From Synechococcus sp. (lineage in GTDB: Bacteria > Cyanobacteriota > Cyanobacteriia > PCC-6307 > Cyanobiaceae), in assembly GCA_047285535.1 (NCBI GenBank), contig JBJBDC010000001.1:2912136-2976135 (forward strand): 64,000 nt of DNA, in the 5' to 3' direction. Under the pieces are notes generated by a model that saw only the letters and a program-made list of their open reading frames with translations, had not been told where the DNA came from and ran no database searches. Below, piece after piece: positions 1-9,716 of this stretch. A program made the translations under genes and the position numbers. The number at the start of each line of letters is the position of its first letter. The stretch's first letter is position 1.

Positions 1-203
1 ATTTGGCTCATCGAACGCTCGCTGGTACAGCAGCCCTCCTTCATGAGCAAAAGCTCCACCCTGGCGAGCTCAAAGATATGGTGGCTTCCCCTGGAGGCAC
101 CACAATGGCGGCGTTGCGCCATCTAGAGAAAGCCGGGTTGCGTTCAGCGTTGATCGAAGCCGTGATCACGGCTACTAACCATGGCAAAGGGATGGCCAGA
201 TGA
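1..203 (+). CDS. proC: Pyrroline-5-carboxylate reductase, C-terminal part (5' truncated by the window)
   Basis: HPGELKDMVASPGGTT...LEKAGLRSALIEAV is the ProC dimerisation-domain motif. Confidence 0.93.
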   Translation, partial: LAHRTLAGTAALLHEQKLHPGELKDMVASPGGTTMAALRHLEKAGLRSALIEAVITATNHGKGMAR

Positions 204-253
204 TCTTGGTCTTGCCGTATCTATTTTCCACTCCTAATTCATCCTCTCCCCTG

Positions 254-1444
254 CTAAATGGTCAGTGCTGTTTGAGTGATAAGAGTTTCATAAAGTTGTT
301 CCAGTGCGTCGATGTTAGCCATTATCTGGTATCTCTCCATCACCCTCTCTCGAGCGCGCAGCCCAAGCTCTTGTGTGAGCAGAGGTTGATCACGGAGTAG
401 GGGCAGAAGGGTGCGGAGTTGAGTCGTCACCCCTTGGGTGCTTAGCACGATGCCTGCACCGCCTGAAAGCACTTCTCCATCGGCTCCAGCATCAGTGGCC
501 ACGCAAGCGCACTGACAGGCCATGGCCTCCAGTAGAGCTAAAGAAAGACCTTCAACAAGTGATGGCAGGACAAAGACTTCAGCACATTGCAGCAGTGCGA
601 TGCGAGTGTTGAGATCGTCTTCGTAACCCCACCACAGCAGGTCACCCATTCCGTTGTCATAAACATTTTGCAAGGTGCTGCGAAGAGGACCGTCTCCGAC
701 AATCACCAACCTGCAGCCAGACGGTTGTACCAGTCGCCAGGCGCGTAACAAGGCTTCCACATTTTTTTCTGTTGCGATCCGTCCCATGTAAAGACAAATG
801 CGCTGATCACCAAGGCGCGAGCGCACGGCATGCAACTCCTTGCTGATTGAGGCGGGATTGGTTGGTGGGGGAGACCAGCGTTCTGGATCAACACCATTTG
901 GAATGACGGCGAGACACTCTTCATGCACCCCTAAACGGTTGAGTACGTCAGCCTGCAGATCGGAAAAGACGATCACACGGTTGTAGCGAGACAGTGCAGG
1001 TGCATAGAGCTGGTAGGTGAGCTGTTGCGTGCCAGCTGTGAGGTTGCGCAAGCCTGCATCAAAGGGTGGATGAAAGGTTGCCACCAGTGGAATCCCTAAT
1101 TGCTTACAAAGCTCCGGAAGGAGGAAGTCGAGGGGAGAAAGGGTGAGGCTTGCATGCACAACATCGGGCTTGAGTCTTTCGAGCGATTCACGCAATTCCC
1201 GTTGTGCTCTAGGGGAGGGAATTGTGTAGACCTGAGATTTCACTAAATACGGCAGGCTCACATCGGGATCGTTTGCCACTAACGAGGTGTTGTTGCTGCC
1301 GGTAGAGCCAGGGTTATCGAAATGAATGAAGCTGGTTTGATGCCCGCGTTGTCTTAGGGCCTCTGTTGTGCTCAGCCCATAGGTGACGTTGCCGCAGAAC
1401 GGAGTTTTTTTGCCCAGCCAGGCAATATGCGTCACCGCCACCAT
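254..1444 (-). CDS. Glycosyltransferase family 4
   Basis: IPNGVD, YMGRIATEKNV and LPSLVEGLSLALLEAMA are GT-B/GT4 motifs. Confidence 0.9.
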   Translation of the reverse strand: MVAVTHIAWLGKKTPFCGNVTYGLSTTEALRQRGHQTSFIHFDNPGSTGSNNTSLVANDPDVSLPYLVKSQVYTIPSPRAQRELRESLERLKPDVVHASLTLSPLDFLLPELCKQLGIPLVATFHPPFDAGLRNLTAGTQQLTYQLYAPALSRYNRVIVFSDLQADVLNRLGVHEECLAVIPNGVDPERWSPPPTNPASISKELHAVRSRLGDQRICLYMGRIATEKNVEALLRAWRLVQPSGCRLVIVGDGPLRSTLQNVYDNGMGDLLWWGYEDDLNTRIALLQCAEVFVLPSLVEGLSLALLEAMACQCACVATDAGADGEVLSGGAGIVLSTQGVTTQLRTLLPLLRDQPLLTQELGLRARERVMERYQIMANIDALEQLYETLITQTALTI

Positions 1445-1463
1445 TCGCAGGCCCTGGCAGACG

Positions 1464-2882
1464 CTAGCAGCGCTGCCAGGGCCGTTCGATCAGTGCGGCG
1501 ATGAGCGCCAGCGCGGCCAGCACCCACAGCACGGGCAGTAGACCCACACTGCTGACCAGAGCGCCAGCCAGTACAAGCGGCAGGCTTAGGGCGATATTGA
1601 TCAGATTGTTCTGCAATCCGAACACTCTGCCTCTCTGGAATTCGGGTGTGTCCTCCTGAATCGTGGTCTGAGCAGGGATAGCGACAAAAGCGGCACCAAC
1701 TCCAAGAAGGGCACAAAGAATCAGGGTGTAGGGGAGATTGCCACGCAGCTCACCCAGGAGCACCAGGCTCCAGGTGATGGCTCCTAGGCCGGTGGCGGCG
1801 AGGCGCCTTCTGCTGAACCTGTGGCCAACCTGCGCTAGGACAACGGCTCCAATCGCCATGCCCAGTCCACTCATGGCTAGCAGAGGGCCAAACCCAGTCG
1901 GACCAAGCCCCTGGATTGCTGACGCGAGGCTGATTGAAAGCACGTAGAGGGCAGCGAGCAGGCTATAGAGCAAGACGAGATGAACCATGGCGGATCGTAC
2001 GGATGGTCGTGTTCTCAGAACCTCCATGCCCTCCATGATGTCCTTCCAAACAGACTCTCCAGACTCCTTCTGCGGTTGCTCCCGCATTCGGATTGTGCTC
2101 AGGACTATCGCTGCCATGCCGTAGCAGAAAGGCAGCAAAAGAAATTCACCCCCTTTGAGCCCCATTGAGAGGAACAGGCTGTGGAGCTGACTCAAGATTC
2201 GTTCGCCAAGCGCGAAACCCACAATCGTGGCCCCCATGCTGGTGGTTTGATAGAGCGAATTGGCTGCAAGGAGATGCTCTTGTGGCACCAGCAGAGGAAT
2301 AGCAGCCTGCTCGGCGGGAGCGAAGAACTGGGTCAGCACTGATTCGAGGAAGGTCATCACGAGCAACGCCCAGTAGCCCCAGCTCAGACCCAGTAAGTGG
2401 GGGCCAGGAAGCAGAAAAAATGGGGTGAAGATCACCAGCAGGGCACGTAAGCCGTTGGAGGCAACCATGACGCGCCGTTTAGGCCATCGGTCCACCCATA
2501 CTCCGGCGACAGAGCCCAGTACCATCGCTGGGATCGTATTAGCCACGTAAACGCCAGTGGCCAGCAGGGTGATCCTCTGCGCGCGAGTCTCGAAGTCCAT
2601 TCGGATCGCTGAGGCAATCTCCGATAGGGCTCCGCTGTCTTGCGGGGTGCTCGTCACCCAGTACTGAGCGATCAAGTACACCATTAAAACGATGTAGAAC
2701 TTGTCCGCGAGTTGGGAGAAGATCTGACCGATCCAGAGACGCCGGAAACCATCCAGATGGATCACGGCCTGTAGGCCGCGGCGACCTTGTGGGTTGGCGC
2801 TCGTAGGCAGGGCCGGGTCCGGACTATTTAGGGGGGGACCGCTCAAAATGGATTCAATAGCGGGATCATGTTCGCCCACCAC
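1464..2882 (-). CDS. MFS transporter
   Basis: FRRLWIGQIFSQLAD; motif A-like GVWVDRWPKRRVMV; many TM segments; QRGRVFG. Confidence 0.88.
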   Translation of the reverse strand: MVGEHDPAIESILSGPPLNSPDPALPTSANPQGRRGLQAVIHLDGFRRLWIGQIFSQLADKFYIVLMVYLIAQYWVTSTPQDSGALSEIASAIRMDFETRAQRITLLATGVYVANTIPAMVLGSVAGVWVDRWPKRRVMVASNGLRALLVIFTPFFLLPGPHLLGLSWGYWALLVMTFLESVLTQFFAPAEQAAIPLLVPQEHLLAANSLYQTTSMGATIVGFALGERILSQLHSLFLSMGLKGGEFLLLPFCYGMAAIVLSTIRMREQPQKESGESVWKDIMEGMEVLRTRPSVRSAMVHLVLLYSLLAALYVLSISLASAIQGLGPTGFGPLLAMSGLGMAIGAVVLAQVGHRFSRRRLAATGLGAITWSLVLLGELRGNLPYTLILCALLGVGAAFVAIPAQTTIQEDTPEFQRGRVFGLQNNLINIALSLPLVLAGALVSSVGLLPVLWVLAALALIAALIERPWQRC

Positions 2883-3765
2883 CGTTCATCGCGGCATCGC
2901 CGCTAATCGAAGTGGATGGGCAGGCGCTGGTGACAGCCTGTCGCAGCATGGAAAAAGAACGTACTGGTCGAGGAAGATGCGCTCTGCACCAGCACTCCAA
3001 AAGGGTCAATAGACGCAACCAAACGGATCTTGGTCCCATCAATTCGCCATCTTGGCGGTGAGGGAGTTCGAGCCGCGTTAACCGTTGCAATAAGGCCAGT
3101 TCTGAGGGGTTGATCTGGATGGCAGCACCGGCTTGAGACCCAATGGCCAGACCCTCTTCTGCAAGAAGACTGCAACGCCAATCCCACTGACCGATGGGTG
3201 GAGACAGGGGTGCTCCGCTGCGACAACAGATCTGGAGTGGGAGGCCATATCCGCCCAGAGCAAGAAGATGCACGCAGGCCTGAACCAGCGTTGCCAAGGA
3301 TCTATCAACAAAAGTGCTGTCAAGGCTGTTTGGGATCAGGTTCTCTGTTTTGAGACTGTTGTTTTGGGCGACAGGCTTGCGTCGAGATAGATCTTCCAGT
3401 CTCTCGAGATGCATCAATACGGCACTCAAAAATCCTGGTACGGGATCATCTCGCCCTACTAATGAGATGGAGAGCTCTGACAAGGCTTGGGCGGCCGCAA
3501 GTGTTTCCAATCGCTGCCCAACCTTGCCAAAATTGTGCTGAACCTGAAGCTGGCGAACTCTTAAGAGGCCGTTGCGCCCTCCCACCTGAAGCTCCAGTGT
3601 GGTGAGAGGAACTGCTGCAGCCATACTGCTGCGCGGTTTGCGTGCCCCCGGCACCGCCAGATGAATCAACCCAGCTTCATCACTCAGCAGTGTGAGCAGT
3701 CTGTCGTGGTCTCCTAAGGGCCCCACTTTTAAAGCCAGTCCTTCAAGCCGCCGTTCCGGGCTCAT
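2866..3765 (-). CDS. recO: DNA repair protein RecO
   Basis: GDHDRLLTLLS...AVPGARKPRS N-terminal OB-fold motif; syntenic with deoC. Confidence 0.9.
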   Translation of the reverse strand: MSPERRLEGLALKVGPLGDHDRLLTLLSDEAGLIHLAVPGARKPRSSMAAAVPLTTLELQVGGRNGLLRVRQLQVQHNFGKVGQRLETLAAAQALSELSISLVGRDDPVPGFLSAVLMHLERLEDLSRRKPVAQNNSLKTENLIPNSLDSTFVDRSLATLVQACVHLLALGGYGLPLQICCRSGAPLSPPIGQWDWRCSLLAEEGLAIGSQAGAAIQINPSELALLQRLTRLELPHRQDGELMGPRSVWLRLLTLLECWCRAHLPRPVRSFSMLRQAVTSACPSTSISGDAAMNGGGRT

Positions 3766-4442
3766 TGCTGATGCCGTAGGGCCTGGATCAGTGCTGGACC
3801 ATGACTGGTCCCAAGGGCGGTTGCACCTTCCTCTATCAGATCCAAGGCTGTCTCCAACCGTTGAATGCCGCCAGCCGCTTTGATCGCGCAGCGGCCCTTG
3901 GCAAGCTCTTTAAGAATGCGGACTTGAATGGGTGTCGTGGCAGGTCCAAATCCGTTCCCTGCTTGTAAGCATGCGGCACCCGCATCGATGGCAGCTTCCG
4001 TGGCCAACTTCAGATGCTCTGGAGGCAAACGGTTGACATCCAAAATCACAGTCACCGGTAGGCCGAGACCACTGATCTGAGCGAGATCCTCGGCATAGGA
4101 TTCGATCCGACCTGCGGTTAAGGCGCTGAGGTCAGGAACCACATCTAGGGCATCAGCTCCTCTGCTACCGGCCCATTCCGCCTGAGCCAGTTTGAGCTCC
4201 GCTGGGATGGTTCCGAAAGGGAAGGCCACAACAGCAAACAAACGCAGGCGATCGTTAGGTCCAATTCGGTGTCGTACCTTTTCGAGATGGCAGAGGCTGG
4301 TGCAGAGCCCTCCAAAGCCCAGCAAACGCGCTGCATCACAAAGGTTGAAAAGAGCCTCTTCCTCAAGAAGGGGATCTAAAATTGCCTGATGAATCAGCGG
4401 AGGCAACTCTGGTAGCTCCCGCTTGGGTTTGGACGCGGTCAT
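3762..4442 (-). CDS. deoC: Deoxyribose-phosphate aldolase (divergent picocyanobacterial type)
   Basis: VVAFPFG, GADALDVV, IKAAGGI, LGTS motifs. Confidence 0.85.
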   Translation of the reverse strand: MTASKPKRELPELPPLIHQAILDPLLEEEALFNLCDAARLLGFGGLCTSLCHLEKVRHRIGPNDRLRLFAVVAFPFGTIPAELKLAQAEWAGSRGADALDVVPDLSALTAGRIESYAEDLAQISGLGLPVTVILDVNRLPPEHLKLATEAAIDAGAACLQAGNGFGPATTPIQVRILKELAKGRCAIKAAGGIQRLETALDLIEEGATALGTSHGPALIQALRHQQ

Positions 4443-4458
4443 CGTTGTGATGAGCTGA

Positions 4459-5043
4459 CTAGTTACGCGCTTGAATCACGCCATAGCCACCGTGATTGCG
4501 GTGATAGATCACCTGCAGCTCTCCGCTGGCTTTATCTCGAAAGAGGTAAAAGTCATGGTCGATCAGATCGAGCTGTTGGCGTGCCTCATCGAGACTCATC
4601 GCTGGCATGGCGAAATATTTGCGCCGCACACCTGGAGTAGGTAGCTGGGCTTCTTTCCCCTTCAGAAGAGACTCGTCAGTTGGACCAGTGGGACTTTCGG
4701 AGAGCAGTTCTTCATTGGGCTCGCTGAGGCTGGAGCGATGTCCATGTCCGCTGTGGCGTTCCTTGAACCGTCGGAGCTGACGCGCCAGCTTGCTCGCGAC
4801 GAGGTCAATGCTCGCGTAAAGGTTTTCACTTCTTTCCTGGGCGCGGATCACTGTTCCATTGGCAAACACAGTCACTTCTGCGGTTTGTTGCGGAACTCTT
4901 GGATTGCGAGCTACGGAAAGGTGTACATCCGCTTCCTTCACGAGGTCATTGAAGTGATGGATGGCACGTTCCAGTTTTGTTTCGGTGTATTCCCGCAGTG
5001 CGGGAGTCACATCCAAATTGCGACCATGGATCAGAAGCTTCAA
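4459..5043 (-). CDS. hpf: Ribosome hibernation promoting factor (long HPF / LrtA)
   Basis: [13 protein letters not shown]...[10 protein letters not shown]-terminal [18 protein letters not shown]...YGVI; TTG start. Confidence 0.93.
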   Translation of the reverse strand: MKLLIHGRNLDVTPALREYTETKLERAIHHFNDLVKEADVHLSVARNPRVPQQTAEVTVFANGTVIRAQERSENLYASIDLVASKLARQLRRFKERHSGHGHRSSLSEPNEELLSESPTGPTDESLLKGKEAQLPTPGVRRKYFAMPAMSLDEARQQLDLIDHDFYLFRDKASGELQVIYHRNHGGYGVIQARN

Positions 5044-5054
5044 GGCGTTTTCCT

Positions 5055-5777
5055 TTGCCTGTTTCTACCGGCAACTTACTAACTGAGCGTGCACCAGGAA
5101 AGCTGTCTTCGGCATTTCTTTTTGAGCCTGCTGCTCCAGTGTCTTTCTCTTCCGCTTGGGAGTTGCAACGTCAATGGCAGCATCGCTTACTCGCTGCTGA
5201 GGAGCCGGCGATGGAAGCGGTTTGGATTCTTCAACATCCGTCTTGCTTCACCCTTGGGCGAGGAGCGACTCAGGAGCACTTGCGGTTTGATCGCGAACAC
5301 CCCCCAGCGCCCCTGCATCGCATCGATCGTGGCGGTGAGGCGACACACCATGCACCCGGGCAGTTGGTTGTTTATCCCGTGTTAGATCTTCGACGCCGAG
5401 AACCAGATCTTCACTGGTACATGCGCCAGCTCGAGCAAGTGGTGATTGATGTGCTGGCTGCGTTTGATCTGAGGGGTGAACGCATTGCAAAGCTCACGGG
5501 CGTTTGGTTAGAGGGCCGAAAAGTGGCGGCCATCGGGGTGAGTTGTCGTCGCTGGATCACCCAACACGGCCTTGCCCTTAATGTCTCCTGCTCCATGGAT
5601 GGATTCGAGCAGATTGTGCCCTGTGGAATCTCAGATCGTCCTGTGGATCGTTTGCAACGCTGGATTCCTGATATCACCCCTGAGTTGGTCCAGCCGATCT
5701 TGCGGGATGCGCTGGCAAAACGTCTTTCACTTCAATGGTGCACGCTTGCTGGCCTCGATCCAGGGTGGTACTCCTAG
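5055..5777 (+). CDS. lipB: Octanoyltransferase LipB (start uncertain; TTG at 5055 chosen to avoid overlap with hpf)
   Basis: [46 protein letters not shown]. Confidence 0.93.
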   Translation: MPVSTGNLLTERAPGKLSSAFLFEPAAPVSFSSAWELQRQWQHRLLAAEEPAMEAVWILQHPSCFTLGRGATQEHLRFDREHPPAPLHRIDRGGEATHHAPGQLVVYPVLDLRRREPDLHWYMRQLEQVVIDVLAAFDLRGERIAKLTGVWLEGRKVAAIGVSCRRWITQHGLALNVSCSMDGFEQIVPCGISDRPVDRLQRWIPDITPELVQPILRDALAKRLSLQWCTLAGLDPGWYS

Positions 5778-5797
5778 TCGCAAGCTGAAACAACGTT

Positions 5798-7744
5798 GTG
5801 GATTCGTTTGCGCATGCCAGCTGGCGATCGACCCCTTGGGAGTTGAAAACACTTGCTCGGCAGCAGCATGTGCAAGACCTAGGGCGAGTGGATCAGCTTT
5901 GGCCATGGCTTGAGCAGCATCATGGTGCGTTGTTGGCGGTGGATGCTCCCCACGCCACGCATCCTGAGCGCTTCACTTACGCAGAGTTGTCCCAACGCAT
6001 TACGGCTGCGGCTGCAGGTTTTTGTTCGCTTGGTATCCGTGAGGGGGAGGTGGTTGGACTGTTCGCAGAAAACAGTCCCCGCTGGCTGATGGCCGATCAA
6101 GGATTGATGCGCGCCGGTGCAGCGGATGCGGTGAGGGGGGCTTCGGCTCCAGTGGAGGAGTTGCGTTACATCCTTGAAGATGCAAAGGCTGTGGCTCTGG
6201 TCGTGCAAAACGCTGACCTCTGGCAACGTCTTGAGTTGTCCCCGGATCGGCGACGACAACTGCGCTTTGTCTTGCAGCTCGAGGGAGAGGCGGAAGATCA
6301 AGACGTGATCTGTTGGGCTGATTTCTTGGCGGCAGGTGCCAATCAAGATGCCCCTCAGCCAGCCGTCGGTCGAAACGCTGACACCGCAGACAGCCCGACT
6401 GCCACCATCCTTTACACCTCAGGGACAACAGGTCAGCCAAAAGGAGTTCCACTCAGTCACGCCAACCTGCTGCATCAAATGCGGACCCTGAGCTGTGTGG
6501 CGCGACCAGAACCTGGTGCACCTGTACTGAGCGTTTTGCCGATTTGGCATGCGTACGAAAGAAGTGCTGAGTATTACTTTTTTTCTTGCGCCTGCACTCA
6601 GAGCTACACCACAATCAAGCAGCTGAAGCGGGATCTGCCCCGGGTGAAGCCTGTGGTGATGGTCACAGTACCGCGCCTATGGGAGGCGGTTCAGGCCGGT
6701 TTTGAAGATGTGCTTAAAACCTTCCCGTCTTCTCGGCAACGGTTACTGCGCGCGGCACTATCCAATAGCGGTGCCTATTGCTTAGCCCGTCGCCAGAGCC
6801 GCAATCTTCTTTTGAAGCCCTTGGGCCGGCGGATGCGCTTGATGGCGCGCTTGGAAGCAGCCTGGCGCTGGCCTGCCCATGCCCTGGCATCCAAGCTGAT
6901 TTGGCCAAAGCTCAGGCTGCAACTCAGTGGGGGTCAGCTTCAGTTCCCGATTAATGGAGGAGGGGCAATTGCGCCTCATGTCGATTCTTTTTTTGAGGCG
7001 GTGGGGATTGAGTTATTGGTGGGTTATGGCCTCACCGAAACCAGTCCTGTTGTGAGTTGTCGGCGTCCATGGCGCAATATTCGCGGAAGTTCAGGTCAGC
7101 CTTTACCTCAAACGGAATTCAGGATCGTTGATGCTGAGACGAGAAAGCCAATGGGCTTTCGGGAGTGTGGTGTCGTCTTGGTGCGCGGTCCTCAGGTGAT
7201 GAGTGGATATTTGGGCCGTCCAGAGGCAACCGCAAAAGTGCTTGATGAGAATGGCTGGTTTGATACCGGTGATCTAGGCCTGCTGTTGCCCGACGGGTCG
7301 GTGGTCCTGACTGGCCGCGCGAAGGACACGATTGTTCTCAGTAGTGGAGAAAACATCGAGCCTGCTCCTTTGGAGGAGGAGTTGGTTTCAAGCCCACTGA
7401 TCGAACAGGTGATGCTCGTTGGCCAAGATCAACGTCAGCTCGCGGCCTTGGTTGTGCCGCGCCACGAGGAGATGTTGGCTTGGGGGGAGAAGCAGGGCCT
7501 TAGCTTGTCCAAGGATCTCGGAGGAACTCCGGGAGATCAACACTTGCGCCGGCTCCTGCGCGGGGAACTCAATCGCTTGCTCAGTTTGCGAGTTGGGTCT
7601 CGTTCGGATGAGCGGGTCATCGGTGTGGTGTTAGTGGAGCCGTTCACCCTTGAGAACGGCCTGCTCACTCAGACCTTGAAGCAGCGCCGTGATCGAATCA
7701 GCGATCGTGATCGGGAGTCGATTGCTGCTCTTTACGGAGGTTGA
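5798..7744 (+). CDS. aas: Long-chain acyl-CoA/acyl-ACP synthetase (AMP-binding)
   Basis: YTSGTTGQPKG, GYGLTE, WFDTGDLG, GRAKDTIVLSSGENIEP. Confidence 0.88.
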   Translation: MDSFAHASWRSTPWELKTLARQQHVQDLGRVDQLWPWLEQHHGALLAVDAPHATHPERFTYAELSQRITAAAAGFCSLGIREGEVVGLFAENSPRWLMADQGLMRAGAADAVRGASAPVEELRYILEDAKAVALVVQNADLWQRLELSPDRRRQLRFVLQLEGEAEDQDVICWADFLAAGANQDAPQPAVGRNADTADSPTATILYTSGTTGQPKGVPLSHANLLHQMRTLSCVARPEPGAPVLSVLPIWHAYERSAEYYFFSCACTQSYTTIKQLKRDLPRVKPVVMVTVPRLWEAVQAGFEDVLKTFPSSRQRLLRAALSNSGAYCLARRQSRNLLLKPLGRRMRLMARLEAAWRWPAHALASKLIWPKLRLQLSGGQLQFPINGGGAIAPHVDSFFEAVGIELLVGYGLTETSPVVSCRRPWRNIRGSSGQPLPQTEFRIVDAETRKPMGFRECGVVLVRGPQVMSGYLGRPEATAKVLDENGWFDTGDLGLLLPDGSVVLTGRAKDTIVLSSGENIEPAPLEEELVSSPLIEQVMLVGQDQRQLAALVVPRHEEMLAWGEKQGLSLSKDLGGTPGDQHLRRLLRGELNRLLSLRVGSRSDERVIGVVLVEPFTLENGLLTQTLKQRRDRISDRDRESIAALYGG

Positions 7745-7816
7745 TGGCTGTATCCACTGATTTGGCTTGACCTCTGACCACCGGACTGAGACCCTTGGCA
7801 CTACTTCACGAATTTC

Positions 7817-8260
7817 ATGTCGGACGGCCCCACCCTGTCGATTAAGCGCACTATCACCATTCGTGCGGTGGTGACGCCAGCCTGGAAGGAGGAAGCGGAA
7901 CGTGAGTTGAGCAATGGCATAGCGACCACTGATCAGCAGCTTGCGCAGCTGGAGCAAGAGGGTCAGCAGGTGGTCGATGATGTACGTCGTCAAAGCGCTA
8001 ATCCTCTTGATCCCAGGGTCCAAGAGCAGGTGGCTCAGGTGCAGCAACAAGTTGCTGCAAAACGCGCTGAGCTGGAGGAACAAAAGCGAAACCTGCTGCA
8101 ACAACAGGCTCAAGTGCGCGAATTAGAGATGGAGCAGATTGTTGAACAGGGACAACTCGATAGTTTCTGTGACATTGAAGTTGGAGACAACTTGGTGAAG
8201 AAAATGCAGGTTGCCGTTGTTGTGCGAGACGGTGTGATCGAGTCGATCGATCAGGGCTAA
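7817..8260 (+). CDS. YlqD family coiled-coil protein
   Basis: IKRTITIRAVVTPAWKEE followed by a Gln-rich coiled coil; typical cyanobacterial neighbour of aas. Confidence 0.8.
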   Translation: MSDGPTLSIKRTITIRAVVTPAWKEEAERELSNGIATTDQQLAQLEQEGQQVVDDVRRQSANPLDPRVQEQVAQVQQQVAAKRAELEEQKRNLLQQQAQVRELEMEQIVEQGQLDSFCDIEVGDNLVKKMQVAVVVRDGVIESIDQG

Positions 8261-8304
8261 CCCGCGCCGTAAAATCTCTCCGGTTAGCTCTTCTGGAGAC
8301 GGTT

Positions 8305-9642
8305 TTGTCAACCCACGACATTTTTATGCCTGCCCTTAGCTCCACCATGACGGAGGGCAAGATCGTGGAATGGCTCAAACAGCCCGGTGAGAAGGTGGCG
8401 CGCGGTGAATCCGTTCTCGTTGTTGAGTCGGATAAAGCTGATATGGATGTGGAGTCGTTTCAGGACGGCTATCTGGCGGCTGTCTTGATGCCTGCAGGGA
8501 GTACGGCTCCTGTCGGTGAAACCATTGGTTTGATCGTAGAGACGGAAGCTGAGATCGCTGAAGTGAAGGCCAAAGCCCCCTCCGCTCCAGCTGCTGCTGC
8601 AGCCCCCACTGTTTCTGCGGTGGAACCAGGTCCGGCAGCATCGGCTGATCCCGCCCCTGTTGCTGTCGCTCCTGCATCTGCACCAGCTCCAGTTGTTGCG
8701 CCCGCTCCAGTTGCCAGTCCAGTGAGTAACGGACGCTTGATCGTCAGTCCTCGCGCTCGCAAGCTTGCCTCCCAAATGGGTGTGGATTTAGCTGGTTTGC
8801 GAGGTAGTGGACCGAATGGCCGCATTCAGGCCGAGGATGTGGAAAAGGCTGCTGGACGAGCAATTACCCCGCCTCGTGTAGGTGAAGGCACATCTGCTGC
8901 TGTCGTTGTTAGTGCAGCTGCAGTTGATGCACCGACGAAAGCCCCAGCAGGCAACAGTTTTGGTGCTCCTGGTGACACCGTTGCGTTCAACACTCTTCAA
9001 ACCGCAGTCAATCGCAACATGGAAGCCAGCCTTGCTGTGCCCTGCTTCCGGGTTGGATACACCATCACCACAGACAAGTTCGATGCTTTTTACAAGCAGG
9101 TAAAGAATAAAGGCGTCACCATGACAGCCCTTCTTGCCAAAGCTGTGGCCGTGACCTTGGCCCGTCATCCTCAAGTGAATGCGGCCACGTCTGCCTCTGG
9201 GATGAGTTACCCCGCTGAGCTCAATGTGGCTGTCGCTGTTGCCATGGAAGACGGAGGATTGATTACGCCTGTGTTGCGAAATGCCGATCGCACTGATCTC
9301 TATGAGCTCTCACGTCAGTGGGGGGATCTGGTGAAGCGCTCGCGCAGCAAACAGTTGCAGCCCGAGGAATACAGCACCGGAACCTTCACCCTCTCCAATC
9401 TCGGTATGTTCGGTGTGGATCGCTTCGATGCCATCCTTCCTCCCGGCACCGGCGCCATCCTTGCGGTGGCGGCTTCAAGACCTGCCGTTGTGGCTGGAAA
9501 GGATGGCTCCATCGCTGTGAAGCGGCAGATGCAGGTCAATCTCACGGCGGACCACCGCGTGATCTACGGCGCCGATGGGGCCGCGTTCCTCCAGGATCTT
9601 GCGGAATTGATTGAAACCCGTCCTGAAAGTCTGGCGATCTGA
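8305..9642 (+). CDS. pdhC: Pyruvate dehydrogenase E2, dihydrolipoamide acetyltransferase
   Basis: Lipoyl domain ESDKA; Ala/Pro linker; E3-binding GSGPNGRI; catalytic DHRVIYG. Confidence 0.96.
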   Translation: MSTHDIFMPALSSTMTEGKIVEWLKQPGEKVARGESVLVVESDKADMDVESFQDGYLAAVLMPAGSTAPVGETIGLIVETEAEIAEVKAKAPSAPAAAAAPTVSAVEPGPAASADPAPVAVAPASAPAPVVAPAPVASPVSNGRLIVSPRARKLASQMGVDLAGLRGSGPNGRIQAEDVEKAAGRAITPPRVGEGTSAAVVVSAAAVDAPTKAPAGNSFGAPGDTVAFNTLQTAVNRNMEASLAVPCFRVGYTITTDKFDAFYKQVKNKGVTMTALLAKAVAVTLARHPQVNAATSASGMSYPAELNVAVAVAMEDGGLITPVLRNADRTDLYELSRQWGDLVKRSRSKQLQPEEYSTGTFTLSNLGMFGVDRFDAILPPGTGAILAVAASRPAVVAGKDGSIAVKRQMQVNLTADHRVIYGADGAAFLQDLAELIETRPESLAI

Positions 9643-9716
9643 ATCAGATCAGCGGAAGACACTCAGCTGCCGAGCTCAGGGAACCTTGCCACTCTTGAAG
9701 TGGTGTAGCTCGATCT

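Noticed and set aside
8560..8730. GCT/CCA-rich low-complexity stretch and long antisense ORFs in pdhC
   Set aside because: Ordinary Ala/Pro linker of the E2 subunit.
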